Assembly (NCBI GenBank): GCA_964016885.1
Contig: OZ024742.1
Span: forward strand, 348,130,001-348,194,000
DNA from: Eledone cirrhosa
Lineage: Eukaryota
Direction of reading: 5' to 3'
Length of the DNA: 64,000 bases
Shown: piece by piece, positions 30,001 to 42,273 of the stretch
Position numbering within the stretch: position 1 is the stretch's first letter
How the letters are laid out: each line of letters begins with the position of its first letter
Made by a program: the position numbers and the translations under genes
Notes under the pieces: model-generated
The model's database searches: none
What the model was told of the DNA's origin: nothing
Seen by the model: the letters and a program-made list of their open reading frames with translations, nothing else

Positions 30001-33000
30001 GATATGGGGGATGAATGTGGAGAAACATGGAAGACTGGAAAGACATTGGGGATGAATGTGTGAATGTGGAGGAACATGGAAGACTGGAAAGACATGGGGG
30101 ATGAATGTGGAGAAACATGGAAGACTGGAAAGATATGGGGGATGAATGTGGAGAAACATGGAAGACTGGAAAGATATGGCGGATGAATGTGGAGAAACAT
30201 GGAAGACTGGAAAGACATGGGGGATGAATGTGGAGAAACAGGGAAGACTGGAAAGATATGGGGGATGAATGTGGAGAAACAGGGAAGACTGGAAAGACAT
30301 GGGGGATAAATGTGGAGGAACATGGAAGACTGGAAAGATATGGGGGATGAAGGTGGAGAAACATGGAAGACTGGAAAGACATGGGGGATGAATGTGGAGA
30401 AACAGGGAAGACTGGAAAGACATGGAGGATGAATGTGGAGAAACAGGGAAGACTGGAAAGACATGGGGGATGAATGTGGAGAAACATGGAAGACTGGAAA
30501 GATATGGGGGATGAATGTGGAGAAACATGGAAGACTGGAAAGATATGGCGGATGAATGTGGAGAAACATGGAAGACTGGAAAGACATGGGGGATGAATGT
30601 GGAGAAACATGGAAGACTGGAAAGATATGGGGGATGAATGTGGAGAAACATGGAAGACTGGAAAGATATGGCGGATGAATGTGGAGAAACATGGAAGACT
30701 GGAAAGACATGGGGGATGAATGTGGAGAAACAGGGAAGACTGGAAAGATATGGGGGATGAATGTGGAGAAACAGGGAAGACTGGAAAGACATGGGGGATA
30801 AATGTGGAGGAACATGGAAGACTGGAAAGATATGGGGGATGAAGGTGGAGAAACATGGAAGACTGGAAAGAGATGGGGGATGAATGTGGAGAAACAGGGA
30901 AGACTGGAAAGACATGGGGGATGAATGTGGAGAAACAGGGAAGACTGGAAAGACATGGGGGATGAATGTGGAGAAACATGGAAGACTGGAAAGACATGGG
31001 GGATGAATGTGGAGAAACATGGAAGACTGGAAAGATATGGGGGATGAATGTGGAGAAACATGGAAGACTGGAAAGACATGGGGGATGAATGTGGAGAAAT
31101 GGGGAAGACTGGAAAGACATGGGGGATGAATGTGGAGAAACATGGAAGACTGGAAAGACATGGGGGATGAATGTGGAGAAACATGGAAGACTGGAAAGAT
31201 ATGGGGGATGAATGTGGAGAAACATGGAAGACTGGAAAGACATGGGGGATGAATGTGGAGAAACATGGAAGACTGGAAAGACATGGGGGATGAATGTGGA
31301 GAAACAGGGAAGGCTGGAAAGACATGGGGGATGAATGTGGAGAAACAGGGAAGACTGGAAAGACATGGGGGATGAATGTGGAGAAACAGGGAAGACTGGA
31401 AAGACATGGGGGATGAATGTGGAGAAACAGGGAAGACTGGAAAGACATGGGGGATGAATATGGAGAAACATGGAAGACTGAAAAGACATGGGGCATGTAT
31501 GTGGAGAAACATGGAAGACTGGAAAGACATGGGGGATGAATGTGGAGAAACATGGAAGACTGGAAAGATATGGGGGATGAATGTGGAGAAACAGGGAAGA
31601 CTGGAAAGCCATGGGGGATGAATGTGGAGAAACATGGAAGACTGGAAAGACATGGGGGATGAATGTGGAGAAACAGGGAAGACTGGAAAGATATAGGGGA
31701 TGAATGTGGAGAAACAGGGAAGACTGGAAAGATATGGGGGATGAATGTGGAGAAACAGGGAAGACTGGAAAGATATGGGGGATGAATGTGGAGAAACATG
31801 GAAGACTGGAAAGACATGGGGGATGAATGTGGAGAAACATGGAAGACTGGAAAGACATGGGGGATGAATGTGGAGAAACATGGAAGACTGGAAAGACATG
31901 GGGGATGAATGTGGAGAAACATGGAAGACTGGAAAGATATGGGGAATGAATGTGGAGAAACAGGGAAGACTGGAAAGATATGGTGGATGAATGTGGAGAA
32001 ACATGGAAGACTGGAAAGACATGGGGGATGAATGTGGAGAAACATGGAAGACTGGAAAGACATGGGGGATGAATGTGGAGAAACATTGAAGACTGGAAAG
32101 ACATGGGGGATGAATGTGGAGAAACATGGAAGACTGGAAAGACGTGGGGGATGAATGTGGAGAAACATGGAAGACTGGAAAGACATGGGGGATGAACGTG
32201 GAGAAACATGGAAGACTGGAAAGACATGGGGGATGAATGTCGAGAAACATGGAAGACTGGAAAGATATGGGGGATGAATGTGGAGAAACAGGGATGGCTG
32301 GAAAGATATGGGGGATGAATGTGGAGAAACAGGGAAGGCTGGAAAGACATGGGGGATGAATGTGGAGGAACATGGAAGACTGGAAAGACATGGGGGATGA
32401 ATTTGGAGAAACATGGAAGACTGGAAAGATATGGGGGATGAATGTGGAGATACAGGGAAGGCTGGAAAGATATGGGGGATGAATGTGGAGAAACATGGAA
32501 GGCTGGAAAGATATGGGGTATGAATGTGGAGAAACAGGGAAGGCTGGAAAGACATGGGGGATGAATGTGGAGGAACATGGAAGACTGGAAAGACATGGTG
32601 GATGAATGTGGAGAAACAGGGAAGACTGGAAAGATATGGGGTATGAATATGAGACAGCAGGGAAGACTGGAAAGACATGGGTGATGAATGTGGAGAAACA
32701 TGGGAGACTGGAAAGACATGGGGGGATGAATGTGGAGGAACATGGAAGACTGGAAAGACATGGGGGATGAATGTGGAGAAACAGGGAAGACTGGAAAGAT
32801 ATGGGGGATGAATGTGGAGAAACATGGAAGACTGGAAAAAATGGGGGATAAATGTGGAGAAACATGGAAGACTGGAAAGATATGGGGGATGAATGTGGAG
32901 AAACATGGAAGACTGGAAAGATATGGGGGATGAATGTGGAGAAACAGGGAAGACTGGAAAGACATGGGGGATGAATGTGGAGAAACAGGGAAGACTGGAA

Positions 33001-36000
33001 AGACATGGGGGATGAATGTGGAGAAACATGGAAGACTGGAAAGACATGGGGGATGAATGTGGAGAAACATGGAAGACTGGAAAGATATGGGGGATGAATG
33101 TGGAGAAACATGGAAGACTGGAAAGACATGGGGGATGAATGTGGAGAAATGGGGAAGACTGGAAAGACATGGGGGATGAATGTGGAGAAACATGGAAGAC
33201 TGGAAAGATATAGGGGATGAATGTGGAGAAACAGGGAAGACTGGAAAGATATGGGGGATGAATGTGGAGAAACAGGGAAGACTGGAAAGATATGGGGGAT
33301 GAATGTGGAGAAACATGGAAGACTGGAAAGACATGGGGGATGAATGTGGAGAAACATGGAAGACTGGAAAGACATGGGGGATGAATGTGGAGAAACATGG
33401 AAGACTGGAAAGATATGGGGGATGAATGTGGAGAAACATGGAAGACTGGAAAGACATGGGGGATGAATGTGGAGAAACATGGAAGACTGGAAAGATATGG
33501 GGGATGAATGTGGAGAAACATGGAAGACTGGAAAGACATGGGGGATGAATGTGGAGAAATGGGGAAGACTGGAAAGACATGGGGGATGAATGTGGAGAAA
33601 CATGGAAGACTGGAAAGATATAGGGGATGAATGTGGAGAAACAGGGAAGACTGGAAAGATATGGGGGATGAATGTGGAGAAACAGGGAAGACTGGAAAGA
33701 TATGGGGGATGAATGTGGAGAAACATGGAAGACTGGAAAGACATGGGGGATGAATGTGGAGAAACATGGAAGACTGGAAAGACATGGGGGATGAATGTGG
33801 AGAAACATGGAAGACTGGAAAGACATGGGGGATGAATGTGGAGAAACATGGAAGACTGGAAAGATATGGGGAATGAATGTGGAGAAACAGGGAAGACTGG
33901 AAAGATATGGTGGATGAATGTGGAGAAACATGGAAGACTGGAAAGACATGGGGGATGAATGTGGAGAAACATGGAAGACTGGAAAGACATGGGGGATGAA
34001 TGTGGAGAAACATTGAAGACTGGAAAGACATGGGGGATGAATGTGGAGAAACATTGAAGACTGGAAAGACATGGGGGATGAATGTGGAGAAACATGGAAG
34101 ACTGGAAAGACGTGGGGGATGAATGTGGAGAAACATGGAAGACTGGAAAGACATGGGGGATGAACGTGGAGAAACATGGAAGACTGGAAAGACATGGGGG
34201 ATGAATGTCGAGAAACATGGAAGACTGGAAAGATATGGGGGATGAATGTGGAGAAACAGGGATGGCTGGAAAGATATGGGGGATGAATGTGGAGAAACAG
34301 GGAAGGCTGGAAAGACATGGGGGATGAATGTGGAGGAACATGGAAGACTGGAAAGACATGGGGGATGAATTTGGAGAAACATGGAAGACTGGAAAGATAT
34401 GGGGGATGAATGTGGAGATACAGGGAAGGCTGGAAAGATATGGGGGATGAATGTGGAGAAACATGGAAGGCTGGAAAGATATGGGGTATGAATGTGGAGA
34501 AACAGGGAAGGCTGGAAAGACATGGGGGATGAATGTGGAGGAACATGGAAGACTGGAAAGACATGGTGGATGAATGTGGAGAAACAGGGAAGACTGGAAA
34601 GATATGGGGTATGAATATGAGACAGCAGGGAAGACTGGAAAGACATGGGTGATGAATGTGGAGAAACATGGGAGACTGGAAAGACATGGGGGGATGAATG
34701 TGGAGGAACATGGAAGACTGGAAAGACATGGGGGATGAATGTGGAGAAACAGGGAAGACTGGAAAGATATGGGGGATGAATGTGGAGAAACATGGAAGAC
34801 TGGAAAAAATGGGGGATAAATGTGGAGAAACATGGAAGACTGGAAAGATATGGGGGATGAATGTGGAGAAACATGGAAGACTGGAAAGATATGGGGGATG
34901 AATGTGGAGAAACAGGGAAGACTGGAAAGACATGGGGGATGAATGTGGAGAAACAGGGAAGACTGGAAAGACATGGGGGATGAATGTGGAGAAACATGGA
35001 AGACTGGAAAGACATGGGGGATGAATGTGGAGAAACATGGAAGACTGGAAAGATATGGGGGATGAATGTGGAGAAACATGGAAGACTGGAAAGACATGGG
35101 GGATGAATGTGGAGAAATGGGGAAGACTGGAAAGACATGGGGGATGAATGTGGAGAAACATGGAAGACTGGAAAGACATGGGGGATGAATGTGGAGAAAC
35201 ATGGAAGACTGGAAAGATATGGGGGATGAATGTGGAGAAACATGGAAGACTGGAAAGACATGGGGGATGAATGTGGAGAAACATGGAAGACTGGAAAGAC
35301 ATGGGGGATGAATGTGGAGAAACAGGGAAGGCTGGAAAGACATGGGGGATGAATGTGGAGAAACAGGGAAGACTGGAAAGACATGGGGGATGAATGTGGA
35401 GAAACAGGGAAGACTGGAAAGACATGGGGGATGAATGTGGAGAAACAGGGAAGACTGGAAAGACATGGGGGATGAATATGGAGAAACATGGAAGACTGAA
35501 AAGACATGGGGCATGTATGTGGAGAAACATGGAAGACTGGAAAGACATGGGGGATGAATGTGGAGAAACATGGAAGACTGGAAAGATATGGGGGATGAAT
35601 GTGGAGAAACAGGGAAGACTGGAAAGCCATGGGGGATGAATGTGGAGAAACATGGAAGACTGGAAAGACATGGGGGATGAATGTGGAGAAACAGGGAAGA
35701 CTGGAAAGATATAGGGGATGAATGTGGAGAAACAGGGAAGACTGGAAAGATATGGGGGATGAATGTGGAGAAACAGGGAAGACTGGAAAGATATGGGGGA
35801 TGAATGTGGAGAAACATGGAAGACTGGAAAGACATGGGGGATGAATGTGGAGAAACATGGAAGACTGGAAAGACATGGGGGATGAATGTGGAGAAACATG
35901 GAAGACTGGAAAGACATGGGGGATGAATGTGGAGAAACATGGAAGACTGGAAAGATATGGGGAATGAATGTGGAGAAACAGGGAAGACTGGAAAGATATG

Positions 36001-37020
36001 GTGGATGAATGTGGAGAAACATGGAAGACTGGAAAGACATGGGGGATGAATGTGGAGAAACATGGAAGACTGGAAAGACATGGGGGATGAATGTGGAGAA
36101 ACATGGAAGACTGGAAAGACATGGGGGATGAATGTGGAGAAACATGGAAGACTGGAAAGACATGGGGGATGAATGTGGAGAAACATGGAAGACTGGAAAG
36201 ACATGGGGGATGAACGTGGAGAAACATGGAAGACTGGAAAGACATGGGGGATGAATGTCGAGAAACATGGAAGACTGGAAAGATATGGGGGATGAATGTG
36301 GAGAAACAGGGATGGCTGGAAAGATATGGGGGATGAATGTGGAGAAACAGGGAAGGCTGGAAAGACATGGGGGATGAATGTGGAGGAACATGGAAGACTG
36401 GAAAGACATGGGGGATGAATTTGGAGAAACATGGAAGACTGGAAAGATATGGGGGATGAATGTGGAGATACAGGGAAGGCTGGAAAGATATGGGGGATGA
36501 ATGTGGAGAAACATGGAAGGCTGGAAAGATATGGGGTATGAATGTGGAGAAACAGGGAAGGCTGGAAAGACATGGGGGATGAATGTGGAGGAACATGGAA
36601 GACTGGAAAGACATGGTGGATGAATGTGGAGAAACAGGGAAGACTGGAAAGATATGGGGTATGAATATGAGACAGCAGGGAAGACTGGAAAGACATGGGT
36701 GATGAATGTGGAGAAACATGGGAGACTGGAAAGACATGGGGGGATGAATGTGGAGGAACATGGAAGACTGGAAAGACATGGGGGATGAATGTGGAGAAAC
36801 AGGGAAGACTGGAAAGATATGGGGGATGAATGTGGAGAAACATGGAAGACTGGAAAAAATGGGGGATAAATGTGGAGAAACATGGAAGACTGGAAAGATA
36901 TGGGGGATGAATGTGGAGAAACATGGAAGACTGGAAAGATATGGGGGATGAATGTGGAGAAACATGGAAGACTGGAAAGATATGGGGGATGAATGTGGAG
37001 AAACAGGGAAGGCTTGAAAG
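1..37020. repeat. 41-bp tandem satellite, about 900 monomers, consensus TGGGGGATGAATGTGGAGAAACA(T/G)GGAAGACTGGAAAGA(C/T)A; continues beyond window start
   Basis: Uninterrupted head-to-tail 41-bp units; 37020/41 is about 903; 32 of 41 bases are purines on the + strand; every ORF called here is a translation of the unit. Confidence 0.98.
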
Positions 37021-37477
37021 GAAAGGTGTATGCTGCATTTGTGAGAAGTTCCATGATTTATGGGAGAAAGATATGGGTGATGAACATGGAGCAGCAGGGA
37101 AGACTGGAAAGAACAAAAGCAAAAGTGGTCCAGTGGATGAGTAGTATTGTTGAGAGGAAGACAAACAACAAATTGCAGTGACCAGTGGGAATGGAGCCTT
37201 TGATGAATGTTGGGAAGGGAAATGAAATGGTAGGTTCATGTGCTGAGGAAATAATTAGGTGAGAGGAATTATGGAAATGATTATGGAAGGAAGTGGAGGA
37301 ATGGAAAGACCAAGAAAGTTATGACTAAAAATGATGGAGGAGGAAATGAATGCTAGAAATTTGGTGAAGGGTATGCAGATCTTAGGGCAAAATGAAGAAG
37401 CTTATAATGGGGTCTGCAAGGTTAACCCTTGCTTTAGCAAGGTAAATGGCTATAAAATGGTTGTCACTGCTGTTGTA
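37011..37477 (+). mobile_element. Decayed 3' fragment of an RTE-clade LINE (C-terminal part of the ORF plus 3' tail)
   Basis: Translates as LKGKVYAAFVRSSMIYGRKIWVMNMEQQGRLERTKAKVVQWM, which aligns with MKGRLYDACIRTAMLHGSETWALCAEDIRRLERNEACILRWM of the RTE at 44102-44566; later remnants resemble the HV(L/M)R and RPRK motifs; terminal stem-loop CCTTGCT-TT-AGCAAGG at 37427-37442. Confidence 0.8.
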
Positions 37478-37810
37478 TAAATCTCAGCTGGTTAGCTTAG
37501 GGATTTAAAACATTTTAGACTATTTACTTCTTCATGAAATCCTTGACCCCTCATTGTACAAAAATAAATAAATTTAGTAAACAGAATATAAAATTCTTTC
37601 TAGTGTTTGCACAAGGTCAGCAGTTTGGGGGAAAGGGAAAGTTGATTATATAGGTTGAGTCATAGGTGTGCCATTGTGACATATGGCAGGTCTTGAGCAT
37701 TTTAAAGCTGGCAGAGCCTATCCCTCTCCAGGTCAGAACACAGCTGATATCTTCCAGAGAAGGTGTGAGAAAGGGTGATAGAAAGGATGTGATCAAGAGA
37801 TATAGAGAAA

Positions 37811-37945
37811 GAATTGACCCCAATATAGGACTGGTACTTTTTTTATCAACCTCAAAAGGAGGAAAAGCAAAGTTGACTTTGGTGGGATTTGAACTCAGAA
37901 CATAAAGAGCTGGAATGAATACTGCAAAACATTCTATCTGACATG
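37811..37945 (-). mobile_element. tRNA-derived SINE fragment (same family as the 54.5-56.4 kb copies)
   Basis: Reverse complement reads TTCTGAGTTCAAATCCCACCAAAGTCAACTTTGCTTTTCCTCC...GTACCAGT, matching the + strand copies. Confidence 0.75.
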
Positions 37946-38211
37946 AATGGATGCATACAAATGCCAGGTTTTTACTCAAAAGTTCAATTGACCCTCTGGG
38001 TTGTTCCACTGATCTCTGAGTTTGATATTGACCACTTTGGGGAGCTGGAGTTTGACTTTGTAATAAAGGGAGTTTGCTAATATTCAGTTTTAACCCTTTG
38101 AATGTTGGATGCCTATAATTGCCATGCATGGGTGGTCACTGTTTGTGATGTAGACTCCCTGATCTGAGCTGACTGAATCTCCCCTGGGTGAACTCTGATA
38201 CTAGTACAACT

Positions 38212-41200
38212 ACTGATCTGTCACGGATCTATTATTAATCTGTTATGATCTGTTACTCATCTGTCAGGATCTGTTACTCATCTGTCACTGATCTATTATT
38301 AATCTGTTATGATCTGTTAGACATCTGTCATGATCTGTTACTCATCTGTCATGATCTGTTACTCATCTGTCACTCATCTGTCATGATCTGTTACTCATCT
38401 GTCATGATCTGTTACTCATCTGTCGCTGATCTGTTACTCATCTGTCGCTGATCTGTTACTCATCTGTCATGATCTGTTACTCATCTGTCACTGATCTGTT
38501 ACTCATCTGTCATGATCTGTTACTCATCTGTCACTGATCTGTTACTCATCTGTTGCTCATCTGTCATGATCTGTTGCTCATCTGTCACTGATCTGTTACT
38601 CATCTGTCATGATCTGTCATTCATCTGTCATATGTTACTCATCTGTCACTGATATGTTACTCATCTGTCACTGATATGTTACTCATCTGTCACTGATATG
38701 TTACTCATCTGTCACTGATCTGTTACTCATCTGTCATGATCTGTTACTCATCTGTCATGATCTGTTACTCATCTGTCATGATCTGTGACTCATCTGTCAT
38801 GATCTGTGACTCATCTGTCACTGATCTATTATTAATCTGTTATGATCTGTTACTCATCTGTCATGATCTGTTACTCATCTGTCATGATCTGTTACTCATC
38901 TGTCATGATCTGTTACTCATCTGTCATGATCTGTTACTCATCTGTCATGATCTGTGACTCATCTGTCATGATCTGTTACTCATCTGTCATGATCTGTGAC
39001 TCATCTGTCATGATCTGTTACTCATCTGTCACTGATCTATTATTAATCTGTTATGATCTGTTACTCATCTGTCACTGATCTGTTACTCATCTGTCATGAT
39101 CTGTTACTCATCTGTCATGATCTGTTACTCATCTGTCATGATCTGTTACTCATCTGTCATGATCTGTTACTCATCTGTCACTGATCTGTTACTCATCTGT
39201 CATGATCTGTTACTCATTTATTACTCATCTGTCACTCATCTGTTACTCATCTGTCACTGATCTGTTACTGATCTGTCACTGATCTGTCACTCATCTGTTA
39301 CTGATCTGTCACTGATCTGTTACTGATCTGTTACTGATCTGTTACTCATCTGTCATGATCTGTCATTCATCTGTCATATGTTACTCATCTGTCACTGATA
39401 TGTTACTCATCTGTCACTGATATGTTACTCATCTGTCACTGATATGTTACTCATCTGTCACTGATCTGTTACTCATCTGTCATGATCTGTTACTCATCTG
39501 TCATGATCTGTTACTCATCTGTCATGATCTGTGACTCATCTGTCATGATCTGTGACTCATCTGTCACTGATCTATTATTAATCTGTTATGATCTGTTACT
39601 CATCTGTCACTGATCTGTTACTGATCTGTCACTGATCTGTCACTCATCTGTTACTGATCTGTCACTCATCTGTTACTGATCTGTTACTCATCTGTCATGA
39701 TCTGTCATTCATCTGTCATATGTTACTCATCTGTCACTGATATGTTACTCATCTGTCACTGATATGTTACTCATTTATTACTCATCTGTCACTCATCTGT
39801 TACTCATCTGTCACTGATCTGTTACTGATCTGTCACTGATCTGTCACTCATCTGTTACTGATCTGTCACTGATCTGTTACTGATCTGTTACTGATCTGTT
39901 ACTCATCTGTCATGATCTGTCATTCATCTGTCATATGTTACTCATCTGTCACTGATATGTTACTCATCTGTCACTGATATGTTACTCATTTATTACTCAT
40001 CTGTCACTCATCTGTTACTCATCTGTCACTGATCTGTTACTGATCTGTCACTGATCTGTCACTCATCTGTCATGATCTGTTACTCATCTGTCACTGATCT
40101 GTTACTCATCTGTCACTGATCTGTTACTCATCTGTCATGATCTGTTACTCATCTGTCACTGATCTGTTACTCATCTGTCATGATCTGTTACTCATCTGTC
40201 ACTGATCTGTTACTCATCTGTCATGATCTGTTACTCATCTGTCACTGATCTGTTACTCATCTGTCACTGATCTGTCACTCATCTGTCATGATCTGTCACT
40301 CATCTGTCATGATCTGTTACTCATCTGTCACTGATCTGTTACTCATCTGTCATGATCTGTTACTCATCTGTCATGATCTGTTACTCATCTGTCATGATCT
40401 GTTACTCATCTGTCATGATCTGTCATTCATCTGTCATGATCTGTCATTCATCTGTCATGATCTGTCATTCATCTGTCATATGTTACTCATCTGTCACTGA
40501 TCTGTTACTCATCTGTCATGATCTGTTACTCATCTGTCACTGATCTATTATTAATCTGTTATCTGTTACTCATCTGTAATGATCTGTTACTCATCTGTAA
40601 TGATCTGTTACTCATCTGTCATGATCTGTTACTCATCTGTCATGATCTGTTACTCATCTGTCACTGATCTGTCACTCATCTGTCACTCATCTGTCATGAT
40701 CTGTTACTCATCTGTCACTGATCTGTTACTCATCTGTCACTGATCTGTTACTCATCTGTCATGATCTGTTACTCATCTGTCATGATCTGTCATTCATCTG
40801 TCATGATCTGTCATTCATCTGTCATGATCTGTCATTCATCTGTCATATGTTACTCATCTGTCACTGATATGTTACTCATCTGTCACTGATATGTTACTCA
40901 TCTGTCATGATCTGTTACTCATCTGTCATGATCTGTTACTCATCTGTCACTGATCTATTATTAATCTGTTATGATCTGTTACTCATCTGTCATGATCTGT
41001 TACTCATCTGTCACTGATCTATTATTAATCTGTTATGATCTGTTACTCATCTGTCACTGATCTGTTACTCATCTATCACTGATCTGTTACTCATCTGTCA
41101 CTCATCTGTCATGATCTGTTACTTGTCCATCATGATCTGTTACTCATCTGTAGCTGATCTGTTACTCATCTGTAGCTGATCTGTTACTCATCTGTAACTG

Positions 41201-41500
41201 ATCTGTTACTCTTCTGTCATAATCTGTTACTCGTTCGTCATGATCTGTTACTCATCTGTCATGATTGGTTATTCATCTGTCATTATCTCTTATGATCTGT
41301 CACTGATCTGTTATTAATCTGTTATGATCTATTACTTATTTGTCATGATTTGTTGTGATGTGTCATGATCTGTTGTGATGTGTCAAGATCTGTTATGATC
41401 TGTCACTGATCTGAACAGATGTATCATGATCTGTTATAATGTCATAATCAGTTATGACCCATCTGTTATGATCTATCATATTCTGTTATGATTTGTGATG
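38212..41500. repeat. Minisatellite of 21/22-bp units (GATCTGTTACTCATCTGTCAT / ...CACT) built from ~10-11-bp ATCTGT subunits
   Basis: Direct tandem repetition; degenerates progressively after about 41100. Confidence 0.95.
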
Positions 41501-41530
41501 ACCTTATTTGTGATATTTCATTTCTTTTAG

Positions 41531-41643
41531 GTGGAGTTTTATTTGCTGTGAATGGTCCCCAGAACCACACCGGGCAACCTTGCAAAGTGTTTGCTATTGA
41601 TATAAAAACTGGCAATTTGATCTCCTCATGGGACTGTCCAAAG
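41531..41643 (+). CDS. PAM: PAM-like peptide-amidating enzyme, internal exon (PAL domain): (G)GVLFAVNGPQNHTGQPCKVFAIDIKTGNLISSWDCPK
   Basis: Acceptor tttcttttag, donor AAG|gtttgt; GVLFAVNG motif recognised from the PAL NHL beta-propeller; the phase-0 end joins the next exon in frame. Confidence 0.85.
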
Positions 41644-41690
41644 GTTTGTAAGGCTTTTCATCAGCTTGGAATGTTTTACTTGTTTTATCT

Positions 41691-42035
41691 GCCACCACTA
41701 CTATCAAAACTACCACCACCACCACTAACACCACCACTACTACCACCACCACTACTGCTGTTACTTCCATCACTAACACCACCACTACAACCAAAACTAC
41801 GACTGCTGTTACTACCATCACTACCATAACCACCACCACAACTTCTACAATTGCCACCAACATACCACTACCACCATCACTTCTACCACTACGACTTCTA
41901 GTACTACCACCATCACTTCTACCATCACTACCACCACAACCACCATTTCTACAACTGCCACCAACACACCACTACCACCTCCACTCTTGCTGATATCACT
42001 ACCACCATCACCAACACCACCTTCCCTACCACCTC
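41691..42035. repeat. Degenerate (ACC/ACT/ATC)n trinucleotide microsatellite
   Basis: Runs of accacc/actact visible in the sequence. Confidence 0.9.
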
Positions 42036-42273
42036 TGCCCAGGTCTTCCTTAGTCCTCCTCTACTGCAGTTTCCTTCCACTGGTATCTCCAGGTACTTCT
42101 TCACCTAATATTTATCATCCGTATGCATCACATGTCCATACCAGTACTATCTTGTCTACACTCTCTCTAATTCATCTTAAATCCAGTTTTCTCTCAGCTC
42201 ATCATTACTTCATCATTCATTCACATCAACATTACTCATCCAACAGACCATGCTCACAATTCTCTCCAGCCTT

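Noticed and set aside
1-37020. CRISPR array or repeat-encoded protein family (the many 61-96 aa MWRN... ORFs)
   Set aside because: Units are head to tail with no unique spacers and no cas genes are present. The 41-bp period is not a multiple of 3, and ORFs appear only where a point variant removes the recurring TGA.
1-37020. Telomeric repeat
   Set aside because: G-rich strand bias is present but there are no TTAGGG-type units, and the monomer is explained by the adjacent RTE sequence.
37617-38129. 170-aa minus-strand ORF and overlapping 79-aa plus-strand ORF as genes or as the missing PAL exon
   Set aside because: They run through a SINE fragment and show no recognisable domain or PAL motif.
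38245-40543. MICYSSV / DLLLICH repeat ORFs
   Set aside because: Translations of the 21-bp minisatellite inside an inferred intron.
41648-41653. Alternative donor GTAAGG 4 nt downstream of the chosen donor
   Set aside because: It would end the exon in phase 1 and frameshift the next exon; the donor at 41644 keeps the PAL frame.
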